In this document: one piece after another, positions 38,298 through 50,946 of the stretch
Layout of the letters: each line of letters starts with the position of its first letter
Numbering within the stretch: the first letter of the stretch is position 1
Assembly: GCA_013265495.1 (NCBI GenBank)
Contig: MU057560.1
Coordinates: forward strand, 3,596,909 to 3,660,908
Direction: 5' to 3'
Source: Vicugna vicugna
Lineage: Eukaryota
Length of the DNA: 64,000 nt
Translations under genes and position numbers: made by a program
Notes under the pieces: model-generated
What the model saw: only the letters and a program-made list of their open reading frames with translations
Databases searched by the model: none
What the model was told of the DNA's origin: nothing

Positions 38298-41200
38298 GCC
38301 TTGGTGCTGCTGCAGCAGTTAAATGGGTACACTTGTTCCAGGTTTTTAATTTGCAACAGTATTTGAATGTTCTTAAATATAGGACTTTAAAAATGCTATA
38401 AAATATTTAGTTGAAAAAGACAGTTCATAATACATGCACACAGACACAAATCCCGTATTCTAGAAACAAGATGACTAAAATCCTTAAGTTCTGTCTCCCA
38501 GGCAGTTACAACTGTTTCACCAAGGCTCCCACATTCTGCTGAATGGAAGCTCTCTTTTCAGTCTAGTTCTCCCCACAAGAGGAAGCACTCTGTTGAGTTA
38601 GCACTGCTGTGACTGGTGACCAGAGACCTGAGACAGGAACTCGGTGACAGGTAGCATAGGGAACTCCATGAAAGTCAAGCTCTGGACCAAGGAGGAAATC
38701 CGTCATGGACAAAAATTGTTTCTAGCTGCTGATGATGCTGAATTTTGCACAGCCCTGGGCTCCCGGCAAAGAGAAAAGCCAGGCACACCCTTCACGCTGT
38801 AAGGACTGATGGCAGAGGAGCCCCTCTCCGCACACCGAGGTGAGGCAACCAGAGGCCCTTGTTCTCCAGCAACAAGGCTAGAGGCAGACCCTCCACGTTC
38901 CCATTCTTTGGCCCATAAATGATTAACTGCACTGACTTGTCTCCACGGATGCGTGGAACAAAATCGTGTTGGCTTGCTAGCTGATCTCTGACTAAGATTC
39001 TCTCCTCCCCACGGGCCCTGAACTTGGGCCTCCCCAGAGCACCAGGATGATGGGTGTCACCTCCATTGCTTCTCTGAGGAGCAGCTGGCCTCGGGGTAAC
39101 ATCCTCTGACCTGCTCACCTTTTGATCCCTTTGCATGCCTCCTCAGAAAGGAACATCCTGTTCTGCCTAAGCCGGCGAGCTGGTGATGCTTGAAGTTCTC
39201 GGGATCAGAACTGTCCCCTCCCCCTGCCCCTCCTCTTCTCAAAATTCTTAAGTCAGGGTTTGTGTTCTGTTCAACACCACACTGGCTGAGAATGATACGA
39301 AGTTCTTAACCACAATGAACAGAAGCAGAGAGGCCTCACTCTCTGAGACACAGGGACCTGGGGACTAGGAAGTCAGGAAAAATGAAGACAAACCAAACAT
39401 TAAAACACAGCTGAGGAGGAAAGCTTTGGAAGTCCAATTCACAAAAGCAAGCAGGTCTTGACTGGCTGAAGGAAAATGTTAAACCTTGGGGGCACGAAGT
39501 ATGGGATTTTCAGGGCTCACTGGCCGGAGGTAGACGTGGCCTTTGTAAATTCAGGCTCTTTGCAAGGGGACAACTGGAGTGCTTGAGAAGACAATCAACC
39601 TTACAGACATACTTACTGCACTTTGAACTCTGGTGGAGGGGTAAACAGGGGGGAAAAGGGGGGAAAAATCACTCCAGAGTGTTCCTGAGCACAGGGCTTC
39701 AGTCTGGGGTTTCAATCCACATGCCTCTGTGGCCCCCAGAACCTAATTCTAACATGTAAAGACAGCACCAGATGGAGCAAACATGCATCCTCTTTGAACG
39801 GAGGGCTTCCAAAATGGCCTGGGCTTTAGGGACACATGGGCCCAGGTCCAAAGTTTCAGGCCTTTACAAGACTTTCGGTGACAGAGTGACAGTCTGATGT
39901 GCTCAGCGGCTGGCGAGCAGTGGACTAAAAGCAGCCACGGAGGAGCTATTGTGGAAACCCCAGCATCCTGATGGGTAGAATGCGGAGGTGAGAACAGGGA
40001 GGAAGGGGTCCACTTGTCACTTGGGGGACTTGCAGAGACACTCTCCTGTGGCTACATAAAGTCTCAGGGCCTGTTAGACGTCCAAGGGGAAGCCTCAAGG
40101 GGAGCCCTGAGTCTGCAAGTCTAAAGCCCGAGGAAGGCTAAGGGCTGGAGCACACCCTGACCCAGAGAAGCATCTGGAGGAGGAGGGAGGCCCGGTCCCA
40201 GGGAGGGCTCTGTGTGGGTCAGAGCAGCAGGACTGCAGATATGAGTGGCCAACAAATTTGGGAAAGGCCAGGAAGATTTAATAATATAAAACCAAGGGAG
40301 ACAAATGAGACGTGCCAGTCAGGAGGATGCGCCTACGGGGATGCCAAGGAAGGTGAAGATGGGGGAGAGCTCCTTGGACATTGGTGCAGAAGCCACTGAC
40401 AGCCTTGACAACAGTCCTTCCAGGGGTAGGCACAGCCGAGAGCCCCTTGCAGTGAGTTGAGGGCAGGATCGGGGAGACACAGGGGAGAGGCAGGTAAGGT
40501 CGGCTGTGAAGAGCAGAGAAAAGGGCAGAAGCGGTGGGCATGTGGACACAGCAGGAACACCTGGACGACTGAGCTTTGGGAAGGTGGCCTTTGATGTGCT
40601 TGGACTGGTCCAGTTACTTTCTCAGGAGGAGAGAGGAACTTCGTGTCCAAAGCGGGCAGGCCCGTGGGCTCGGGGCTTGAAGGCCAGGGCGGTCCCACCA
40701 GACTTCTATTTTCTCAGAAAAGAATGAGAACAGTCTCTGAGTGAGAAAAGAAAAGGCATAAAGCAGCCATTATGGGGATTCGGAGTCAGTTTTAGGGAAA
40801 CGCAGTGCGTTTCTGGGTGGTCCTCAGGGCCGGCCAAGGTTGAAGGGTCAGTCTCCAGGCTTGTGTCTCTAGTCGTTTTGGGCTTTGCGGGGCAGACCCA
40901 GCCTGGTGGCCAAAGCACCACCACAAAGGCAGGTCAGCCACACTCCGCAGGGCCGAGCACAGGGAAGGATGCCAGTCTGGCCACGGGACGAGCCAGATGC
41001 CGGCCGTGAGGCCCTGGTGCACAGTTTACTTCCAGAGCTGTCGCCTCCCCTAGTCAAATCGGTGCTGATTTCTTGGTTACATATTACTTGCAAAATTCCC
41101 CTGCAGGGCCAACTCCCACTTAGAAGGAGCTCAGAGGCCAGTTTAAGAGCAGACAGTGAGAAAAGACCAAAATTGGAGTGGGAAGAGACACTTTGAGAGG

Positions 41201-41599
41201 AGAGATGCCAGGCTTCACTGTGGTGCTGAGAATGAACCGTCTGTGTATTTCCCGGAGAGGGCTGGGAAGGCGGCAAGGACACACGGAGAGGAGGTGCTCT
41301 GAGTGACAGAGGAGCACTGACTGGCATCAACCCCGTGCTCCTCCTTCTCAGGTACGGGGATGGCCCCAGTCACAGGACTGCAAGCCTTCCAACGTGTGCT
41401 GGTTGGCAAAAAACACTACAACTATCTCAAATATTAGTTATGTAAACATATGGACATATGGGAAGGGACCTCAATAAAATAATCCAGAAGGAGAGTGAAA
41501 TCAGTAAAAGTTACTCTTTGGAGTGTGGGTAGTAACATAATCTAAACACCCAGCAATAGCACTGAGTGGCCATTCTTAAAACATTGTACAAGTAAACGA

Positions 41600-41715
41600 A
41601 TAATGATATAGTATATTATTAATGACATGTTAATTATATAATGTAATATGCATTATATAATATATTAATATTATATAATATTACAATAATATATTAATAC
41701 AATAATAATCCAAAT
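41600..41715. repeat. AT-rich low-complexity tract
   Basis: Degenerate (ATAAT/TATTA)n. Confidence 0.7.
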
Positions 41716-42964
41716 AAAATGCTAAGTATGAAGCAACGCATTATAATACTTACTATAAAATAGATGTGAAATAAATCCCACACCAGGATAATTTTTCTAA
41801 CATTAAAATAAAGTACACGTGATGTATACATACGGACAAGAGCTGCGAAGTTGTGTGGGAAAGTGCAAACAAGGAATTCGTCAGGGGAGGGAGAATGTCA
41901 GTGGAAACAGGATTCTGAGTTTTCCATTTTTCACATCACCATCTCTGCATTAGACAATCTCTGAGTCCCACACGCCCTGCCTGATTATCACCGGTGCCTG
42001 TCATGAGCAGTGAGTTGTGGTGGGGACAAGGGCTCCCAGGACGCTAACACAGGCGTGCAGGTGTCAGTGATCACAGGTAGGTCCCTGTGAAGCCACCAGG
42101 CACATGGTGGGTCCTGGTCCCTGCAGAGGGTTGCTCCTGCTGTCCCAGGTCTGGTAACACATGCCTGGCCTGATTCTGGTTTCTGAAACCCTCGGAAGAG
42201 TCTGTCCTGTGGGCTCCGTCTCTCCGTCTGCTGCCTCCCCTGTGTGTCCAGAGCGTGAAAACATCCACAGGGTCTCAGTTCAGAATTAACTTCTACTTAT
42301 TTTGTTGTCTATTAAACACACATTGAGCAAATAAGAAAAAACACGCTTTAAGGCAATTTCTAAAAATCAACCTCCTCCTCAGACTCATGGTGAGTGATTA
42401 GTTATGGGAGAATGTCGATAGAGGCCCCAGAAGGGCCAAGACTATGTGAAATTGGAAGATTATAAAAACTCTAAAATAACCCCCTCTTTCTTTGCCTCCC
42501 ACAAAGCTAGAAAACTTTAGGAGTCAGATGTTTTCAGAAGGGAAACAACGTCCCAGGGAGGACTGCTTGCAATTCTGAGTAGTAGATCTTTGCCTCTGTG
42601 ACCTATTTATAGCTGCCCTGAGCTGAACAGCAGGAAGGCCTTCGCCTCTGGGCATTAGCAGGCAAAGTTAGGAACTGAAATTCTTCACAGACCCCTGCTG
42701 ACCCAGCCATGAGGCAGGGGACTGGTGTGGTTGGACCACAGACGAGGTGTGAGATGCAGACGTCTGGTCTGTAATACGGTCCAGTGAGTAAAGTTTTACA
42801 GCTAATTTTCCAGGAGTGAGAGGTAGACACCTCCGAGCTTTACCAAGAAACAAAGCAAAACCCACGTGAGGGCTGGCGGGGCAGGGGAAGCCCTGGGGGC
42901 CCAGGAGCTGAGGGCGCGCTCTCTCCACAAAGGCCACTGGGGGTCACAGAAAAGTCCAGAAATC

Positions 42965-43270
42965 ATCCAGTGTGGAAGGAACTCCCACGCCCTGCTGGTG
43001 AGGATGCAAATGCAGCCACATTAAAACAGTTCAGCAGCTTCATACAAAGTTAAACACACGCTGGCTCGATGGCCCAACAGTCCACCCCCACGTTCCCACC
43101 CAGGAAAAAGGAAAACTTAGGACCTGCAAAATCCGTGTGCGAATGTTTACATCAGCTTTACTTACAATCCCCCCAAACTGGAAACAGCCCAGAGTTTCTC
43201 ACTGATGAACAAACTGTGATACACTTTCAACAGAATATGTTGTTTAGCAGTAAAAACAATGAACGATTCA
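42965..43270 (+). mobile_element. Old L1 ORF2 3' fragment
   Basis: ctgctggtgaggatgcaaat...aaagttaaacac...caaactggaaacagccca. Confidence 0.7.
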
Positions 43271-44074
43271 TTCGCATAACAGGAAAAGACACAGGGAGGA
43301 CAGTCCAGTATCCTCTGAACAGACAGACACAAACAATGGCAGACGTGGGGGGATGTTAACACCAGGGCACCTCCCTGGTCTGAGCAGACGATCGCCAGCC
43401 ACTTGGTTAAAATGGAGAAATTGTTACGGGTATTCAAGGAGCTGAGGCCCTTGGTGTGGTGATGTGGGAAAAGCACAGGTTTACGGTTCAGAAAGGCTTG
43501 AACCCGCTGGTGACAAGTGGTGATGTGGCCTCAGGCAAGTCTGTCACCTGCTCTGACCAAGGTTTCCTCAGGGCTGTGAGGAAGCACGTGCCACAGGCAG
43601 GCACACCCTGGGCATCCAGTGTGTCTTCCTCCCCTCAGCCCCGACCCTGAGAAAATAGCGCCATGTTTCCTTAATTTTTCTTCTGTCTCAATTACAGCCA
43701 CACTTTCTCTTCAGCTTAGTTCTCTGACATTAGCACGAGTCATGAATCCAGTCACTCACCACATGTCCACCGGCTGGTGGGGATCTTGCCGAAGGGGCTG
43801 CTGTCCTGCACCAGGTCCTGTCAGTTCCAGCAGGCTGACGGCATGGGCTGGGGGTTTGCAGGGAGCTTGGAGGAATGGTGCAAACAGAGAAGAGAGAAGC
43901 TGGCTGCCATCTGGCAGTGCAGGTGATGACGGAAAATCCACAGATGTGGGTTGTGGGACAGACATCAGAGGCACCTCAGTTGAGCTGGTAGTTCTTTGAC
44001 TTGGTGTCACAAAGCTGCCACTAGTTGGGGTAACTGTGTCCTGTGACTGGGGAAGCATGCACATGTTATAAATG

Positions 44075-44905
44075 TTTTACATTTTATTTCTAATTGTGGT
44101 TACAATCACATTACAATGTTTATCAGCGTAATCATTTCTAAATGTACAGTTCAGCAGTGTTAGGTGTATCTACGTTATTGGGTGACACACCTTCAGAACC
44201 CCTGTGTCACTGAAACTCTGTGCCCATTACACACTAGTTCACCTCCCTCCCCAGCCCTCAGCAAACACTATTCTGCTTTCTATTTCTCTTTCTATTCTCA
44301 GATGAGTGGAATCTCACAGCATTTGTCTTATGCTGAGTGAGCTCAGCCAGTCACAAAAGACCCTCCAAGTCCATTGATGTTGCAGCCTGTGGCAGAATTT
44401 CCTTCTTTTTCAAGGCTAAATAATATTCCATTGACCATATTTCCTTTACTCATCCATCTTAGAAGGGAAATTCAGATTGCTTTCACCTCCTGACACTGTG
44501 GGAAATGCTGCACAGTGGACGTGGGAATGCAAATGTGTCTTTGAGATCCCGCTTTTAATTCTTATGGGTATAACCCCAGAAGTGGGACTGCTGGAAATAT
44601 CTAATACTTTGAGGACTCTCCATACTCATTTCCATAGTGGCTGCACTAATTTACATTCCCACCAACAGTGCCCAATGTCCCAGTTTCCCCACACCCTCAC
44701 CAACACTTGTTATTTTCTGTTCTTTTGATTTAGCCATCCAGGTGGGCGTGAGGTGATATCTCATGTGGTTTTGACTTGCATTGCTCTGATTAGTGATGCT
44801 GAGCATATTTTCCTGTGCTTTTTGGCCATTTTTGTGTCTTCTTTGTAGACATGTCTGTTCAAGTCCTTCACCATTTTTAGCAAGATTATTTGTTTTGTTG
44901 TTGCT
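44075..44905 (-). mobile_element. L1 (L1MB-like) 3' end
   Basis: tgtacagttcagcagtgttag, ccatagtggctgcactaatttacattcccaccaacagtg, gatgctgagcatattttc. Confidence 0.85.
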
Positions 44906-45077
44906 GCTGCTGAAGTGCCTACGCTGTTAAATCACACAATTACCTGAAGTTAATGAAGAAAAGTGGTGATTTTTTTGCCTTAAGTGATATGTAGCATAGA
45001 TTCCATCATCTGATATTAGGGTGTATTTACACATGTGAAAAAAAAGAAAAATATATCATTTTGATGATTCATTCAGT

Positions 45078-45226
45078 TGAGGGTTTCTCAGCCTCAGCAT
45101 TAGGGCTGTTCAGGGCATGTGTGTCTCTAACACCACCCTCCCCCACAACAGTGACAAATGTGTCTCCAGATGTTTGCACGTGTTGGTGGGAGCAGGGACC
45201 AGAACACTCTGGGTGAGAATCACCAA
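45078..45226. mobile_element. MER20-like hAT element
   Basis: ggtttctcagcctcagca...gtgacaaatgtgtctccaga...ggtgagaatcacc with imperfect terminal inverted repeats. Confidence 0.55.
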
Positions 45227-47314
45227 CTTAATTGTTTGAGCATCCAGGAGTCATTGTGATACCGAAGTCCCGTTGGAATTATTATTCAGGGTATCAGCCA
45301 CTCTGCTAAAGGCCTTGGTTTTTTTAAGTTTCCTTTCTCACCCAAGCAATGTTTACACTGGATTGAGGATGATTTTGTTTGCCTTGTAAGCACATGGGTG
45401 ACGGTCAAAAGAAAGCTATCCACAGATTCTCCCTTTGAAGAGTCTCCATTGGTTAAACTTCAGGGATGCAAATGACTCCAAGGGAAAACAGTGATATTTT
45501 AGAGGAATTTGTACTTTATTTTTTACTTAAAAAAATCTTATCAGCAAATGGTTTGAGGCCAACATGGAGATACAATTTGTTCGCAAAACAACTAGCTTGG
45601 TATTATTGCAATTATATTTGACATGTGTACTGTACTCTAAGAATATAAAAATAAAATGTCCCTCTCAAGACCATTTATAAATAGTCTTAAAAAAATAAAC
45701 TCTCTATGTAATTGCTCTTGAATTTTGGCATGCACACATATTCTTTAAAAATTACAACAAAAACTCCCCTTTTAATTTTTCCCTGGTGTCTGTTTACAAA
45801 ATTAAGTCTACTGTTTACCAAAAATTTTTAACACAGCTGATATCTTCTTAACTGTCTTAATCATTAAAGGAAATATCATATAAACCATTATCACTTCTCC
45901 TACAAGATAATAGTGCTTTATACACATATTATTATATATTTTAGCATATATATATACATGACTATAATACTTTTACAGAACAATTTTGAAATATGTGATA
46001 GTATTAAGAAAAAGGAATGTTTCTTCCAAGTCTTCATATGAATTAAAAAATGACTGAGATTACACTGTGCATTGCTATTTTGATACATTGCTTTTTAAAT
46101 TTTAGCATTTCCCCCAGTTTAAAAAATTCCCTGAACATAATTTTATTACATAATATTCCATTTTTTCTCCACCTGCTAAATAATTTCTTGTTCATATAAA
46201 TATGGATTATTTCCAACTTTTCATTGTCATATACATTTTTATGTGTAAAGTTTTCTTGTAGCACTCATTCACCCAAAGAAGTTTCTAAAATACTAAGTCA
46301 AATGTGGTATTTTACAACTTTTGATGTATATTAACAAACTGTTTCCTTAACATGTTGTACAAATTTGTTCAATATCAATAGAAATATGTATTCCCAATAT
46401 GATGTTTCCAAAAAATCACAGAGGCATGCTGCTTATAGAATTATGTAGGTATACATATAAAGATAAGCATATTTTTGTTTATAAAAGTGTCTCGGTTAAG
46501 CAAAGAAGTGGTTGAAATAGTTAACATCTTTTTAGGTTTTCCATATAAAAACTAATAACTCTATTTAAAAATAAGACTGTTCAAAGCTTTTTTCCTGTAC
46601 AATTTTTCTTTATTTAGGGAAGTCTGATTTCTTAATAGCCATTGTTACTCTGGACTAGGTAATGGTATAGGATTTTCTAAACCCTGTATCTTTAATATGT
46701 TGACCATAGGATTCCATATGCAGATAACACACTCATAACTAATAAAATATAAAAACTCACTTGTTTTTGTTTTTAAACATAATTTATTTTTATTCTTAAA
46801 ATCCTTAGTATTTAGGTATAATTGACACATAATGTATTAGTCTCAGGCATACACTGTAATGATGGAACACTTGTACACTTTGTGAACTGACCACCACAGG
46901 AGGTATAATTACCATTCATCATGCATAGTTACAAATGTTTTTTTCTTGTGATGAGGACTTTGACTTTGTATTTTTGTTTATTCTCACAATTTTGTTAATC
47001 TCTGCTTTTATAATTTTTAACTATTCTCTTCTTAAACTGATCCTTTATTTTGACCTTATGGGTAACTTTTTATTTTGATATAAGCTGAGATAACTGTGAG
47101 AATGTTACAAAGAGCTCCTGTTGACCCTTTTCCTGCAGCTGTGTACATTTTGCCGCACTTGCTGTCATTTCTCATATCTCTGTATGTTTCATATGTGTTC
47201 ATTATGTTGTGTGCTCTGAACCGTCTGAGAGTAAGGTGGAGACAGTGGGCCACTTTGTCCCTAGATACTTGGGTGGATGTTTCTTTCTAAAAGAATTTGT
47301 GGTGGAGGAATATG

Positions 47315-47790
47315 CTTGTCTGGTGCAATGTAACAAAGTACCCCAAGACTTACTGGACTAAGTCTGGGTGTGACACAGCCCAGTGCTTCTGCACTCAGAC
47401 CATCAGGCAAGGCTGTGCTCTCATCTGAGGCCTGGCTGGGCAGCCTCTGCTCTGCACTCGCTCTTGGGCATCACCAGGGGTCAGTTCCCCTCAGGCTGTT
47501 GGACTGGGGGCCTCCACAGGGCTACGCACAGTGTGACAGTAGGTCTCCAGCAGAGCAGCACAAGTGAGAGCAAGGGAGTAGGGCCAGAGGAGCCCAGAGT
47601 CTTTCTGAAGCAGCAGCTAGTCACTTCCTCCATGGCCCACTTAACAGCAGTGGGTCACGAGGGCAGACCACCCTGCCCTGAGGAGTTTGCACAAAGGCCT
47701 GAGTGCCAGGAGACAGGATCCCTGGGTCCCACTGTGAGGGATGATGGCCCCAAGGGAGAGTTCATCAACCCTACTGCCCATCTCTAGAGA
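47315..47790. mobile_element. MaLR (MLT1-like) LTR, diverged
   Basis: gtaacaaagtaccccaagacttactgg...ctcatctgaggc...ggatccctggg. Confidence 0.55.
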
Positions 47791-48169
47791 GCGCCAGTGA
47801 AAGTTACATAACTGTTCTGGGGCTGAATGCCACAACACATCCTCCCAAGTCAGTTTTATTCTGTGTGCTTTATGCTGCAAAAAGCAACAAAAACTGAAGC
47901 AAATAATACTTTCAAATTTTTATACTAGATACATATTTCTACTGGTGAATTATTTAGCCGGAATATTAATTTCCCTTAGAATAGTTCACAGTCAGGTTTC
48001 TAGAGGAATTGGAATATGAATCATAACTGTAACTGTTTCTATTCCACAGTGAAAAGCAGTGAGTATTCGGAAATAATGGAATAATTCGCACATTTCTTTG
48101 CAAGAGACAGCATCCTGCTTGTTTTCCTGTAAATCTGCAAAGTAGATTTTAAACAAGTGAATTACATAG

Positions 48170-48800
48170 GCTTCCTCGCTGCCCCCTCACCCTACCCCAC
48201 CCTCAGGAGGTCGCTCTGTAGTTCACGTGGTCCACGCGCTTGAAGACCAGCGTGTCGCTGTGCGAGGAGGAGGGACGCGCCGCGCCCGGAATCGGGGAGC
48301 TTTGGGCCGGCACGTCTCCCATTGGGCGTGGGCACTGCGGGCGCCCGGGACTCAGCCCCCTGACACACTGCACCCCTGAGACGGTGATGGGTGCCCGGTG
48401 TGCCCACAGACCCCTTCCCTTATCCCCCGACTGTGAGAGCCTCTGCAGAAATCCTGAGCTTGCAACTTGCTCCTGGGCCGGAGAGGAGAGGAGGCAGGCT
48501 TCCAGACAGCCGCACTGGGGTGAACTGCGCACAGGTGGGCCGCTTTCCTGGGGAAGCACGGGAACGGAGGGTGACGAGACGCCCCGATTGGTGGGGCTCT
48601 GAGCCCCGCGTTCCTGCAGCCGCGTGGCTCCTCCCGCCCTCCGGGCTCGCGCTCCCGCTGGGCGGGCGGTGCCTTCTGCCTCTGCCGCCTCGCCTGCGCC
48701 TGCGCGGCGCCTGGGGGAGTGAGTCGGGGCCCTGACTCCTCTTCCCGGTTCAAACGTGGCTCCAGGCCCTCAGCAGGCCGCACGTGTCGTCCACACATCG
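48170..48800. promoter_or_regulatory. CpG island with promoter motifs
   Basis: Dense CpG against a depleted background; ATTGG (inverted CCAAT) at 48321 and 48587, GC box GGGCGGGCGG 48660-48669, NRF1-like TGCGCCTGCGCG 48695-48706, CACGTG at 48224 and 48781, donor-like GTGAGT 48719-48724. Confidence 0.75.
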
Positions 48801-50714
48801 GCCCTATGACATAGATACTGTTAATTCTTCTTCAACTGAAAGAACACTGAAGCGCAAAAATGTCCAAGCTCTGGAACCCAGAGCTTTTCCACTTTCCACT
48901 CGAGTCCAGTTTCTTCCGGATGGACACACTCTGTTCCCAGACGCAGCGAGCTCAGGGCCTGGAGCGAACACGGTTCTCCACAGCTTTCTTCTCTGAACCA
49001 GAGCCCTCTAGCAAGAGAGCCTTTCTGCAACTTTCATTGCAACAGAGATATCTGAGGCCTTTGCCAGAGCACGGCTCCAAAGTTAAAGGTGGTCTTTTTC
49101 CTGTAAAATGGGGCATTGAGGAATTTATGACTCAGAAATGAGAATGTCATCTGGCAGAGCCGAGACATTTGAGCTCTTAGTGCAAGAAGGCTTTGTTTTA
49201 CCAAAAGCTGATGAAACTTGGCTGGATCATGGCTTACAGGACTGCAACACCCCAAAGAGGGACCCTAGCATGTTAGAGAATTTTATTTACATGACACTAA
49301 CCCTCACGCATGTCCTTCAATTCCAAATAAAATTTCCATAAGCAATTTGTATAAGAAGCTTGCTTTAAAAAAAGAAATTAATTGTATGACAATTTTATTA
49401 CACGTATTACAAACTAGACTGGTGAACATTTTACTCAACATTTCAGTATATAAAACTTACATAACAAAATCTAGCAAAATTGTATGAAGTGTAAACACAT
49501 TTCTGAATGAAGGCTGGTGCCACACAGACGTGCGTGCAGGAAGCAGCACTGACCCCAGGACATCTGGTCAGTGTGCCTGTGACCTTCGCTCGGACCCATC
49601 CTCCCAGGATCTGGAACCCCGGGCCATGGCACCTCCTTTTCCCTGAAGGAGGAACTAGGTAGCCTCAGGATTTAGGTCACTTGCTGATGTTCTCAAGGTT
49701 GAGAAGAAGAAGAGCAAAGAACTCATCCTGTTCTTTATATTCAAGTTGGGAATGTCAAGTGCATTTGAAATCACCGACTTTGATAACCCACCTCGTCCCA
49801 GGTCACAAGGGCTCTCTGCTAAACTGAATGTTTTTTCTTGGAATCACAGAATTCCAACTTGTTTTATTTTTACATTTTTCCAAAACAGATCATTTGAGAG
49901 ATCCAAGAGGCCTGTATTCACATGTAATGAGAAGTCTGGGGAGAGCCGGCAGGGGCACAGCTCTGTGACACCCATGGTGTGACATGGGAGAAGCAACACA
50001 CCAGACCACTCCCGGTGGTGACTTCCCCCAGTCCTAGGAGGTGCTGCGTCAGCCATGGTGATGCAGAATTGGCATTTTTGGTCCCCAGCCTTCGGCGTGG
50101 GGAATGGCGTGAGGCCGGTGTTTACTGGAGGTACCGCATGTGAGGCTCTGGTCTTCCTCGTGGGGTGAGTCTTTCCTGTGAGTGGAGGTTTGCAGGGCAC
50201 AGGGGCACTTGTGTAACCAGCAGTAGTGCTGCATAAATGGGTGGGATGCTGATGTCTCAATGGAACACCAGAACTGTGGTCAGATCTGTCATCTCGCTGC
50301 TCCTCTGTGGCTGCAGCAAAATGCTCACCATGTGAAGCTGTGACTCAGTTGTGTTTTCTGGTTTTCAGAAACGTCCTTAATACCCATGAATATGTGTAAA
50401 TGATTGGGACTAAGATGTACTGGAAGTTCCTCTCCAGGCACCGTCTCCTCCCAGCCCCTGTGCACGTTTTCATTCTCTCCCACACAGCTGGTCCCTTCTT
50501 CTAGACGCTTGTGAGAAAATGAAAAGGAAATCAATTCTAATGACTCACAGAGGCATCTCTTCATTCTGAAGGGAGCTGAGTTGAATACAGCAGGCTCGTG
50601 GCCAGTGCGTGAGTGGGTTCAGTCCTAGGCAAGATGAAAATTTGCTTGCAGACAACCATCCCCTGCCAATGGTCCCCCCAGCCACCTAGGTAACTTGTCT
50701 GTGCTTCACTTGGA

Positions 50715-50946
50715 CATGTGCACACGTGTGCATGAACACCTGATATGTAGTATGTACTCATGTGGGAACAATGTACATATGACCATAATCCATGTGCACA
50801 GTGCACTTGTGTGTGCATGTGTATGCATGGCATGCATGTCTGTGTGTGCATGTGTCCACACTTGTACACATGCCCATGTGTGCATGCGTGTGTACATGTT
50901 TCCATGTATGTGTCCATGTGCATGTCTCTGCATGTGTGTGCATGCA
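50715..50946. repeat. (TG/CA/TGCA)n alternating purine-pyrimidine tract
   Basis: About 230 bp of catgtg/tgcatg/tgtgtg. Confidence 0.85.

Noticed and set aside
37949..38401. Several overlapping ORFs with repeated peptides (QASPPP, VVERPGQ)
   Set aside because: By-product of the stop-free minisatellite
48192..48798. Multiple 110-150 aa ORFs on both strands
   Set aside because: Expected in GC-rich CpG-island DNA; no known protein similarity
49394..49399. Minus-strand AATAAA in UTR-like AT-rich sequence
   Set aside because: No convincing terminal coding exon upstream; the hexamer is common by chance
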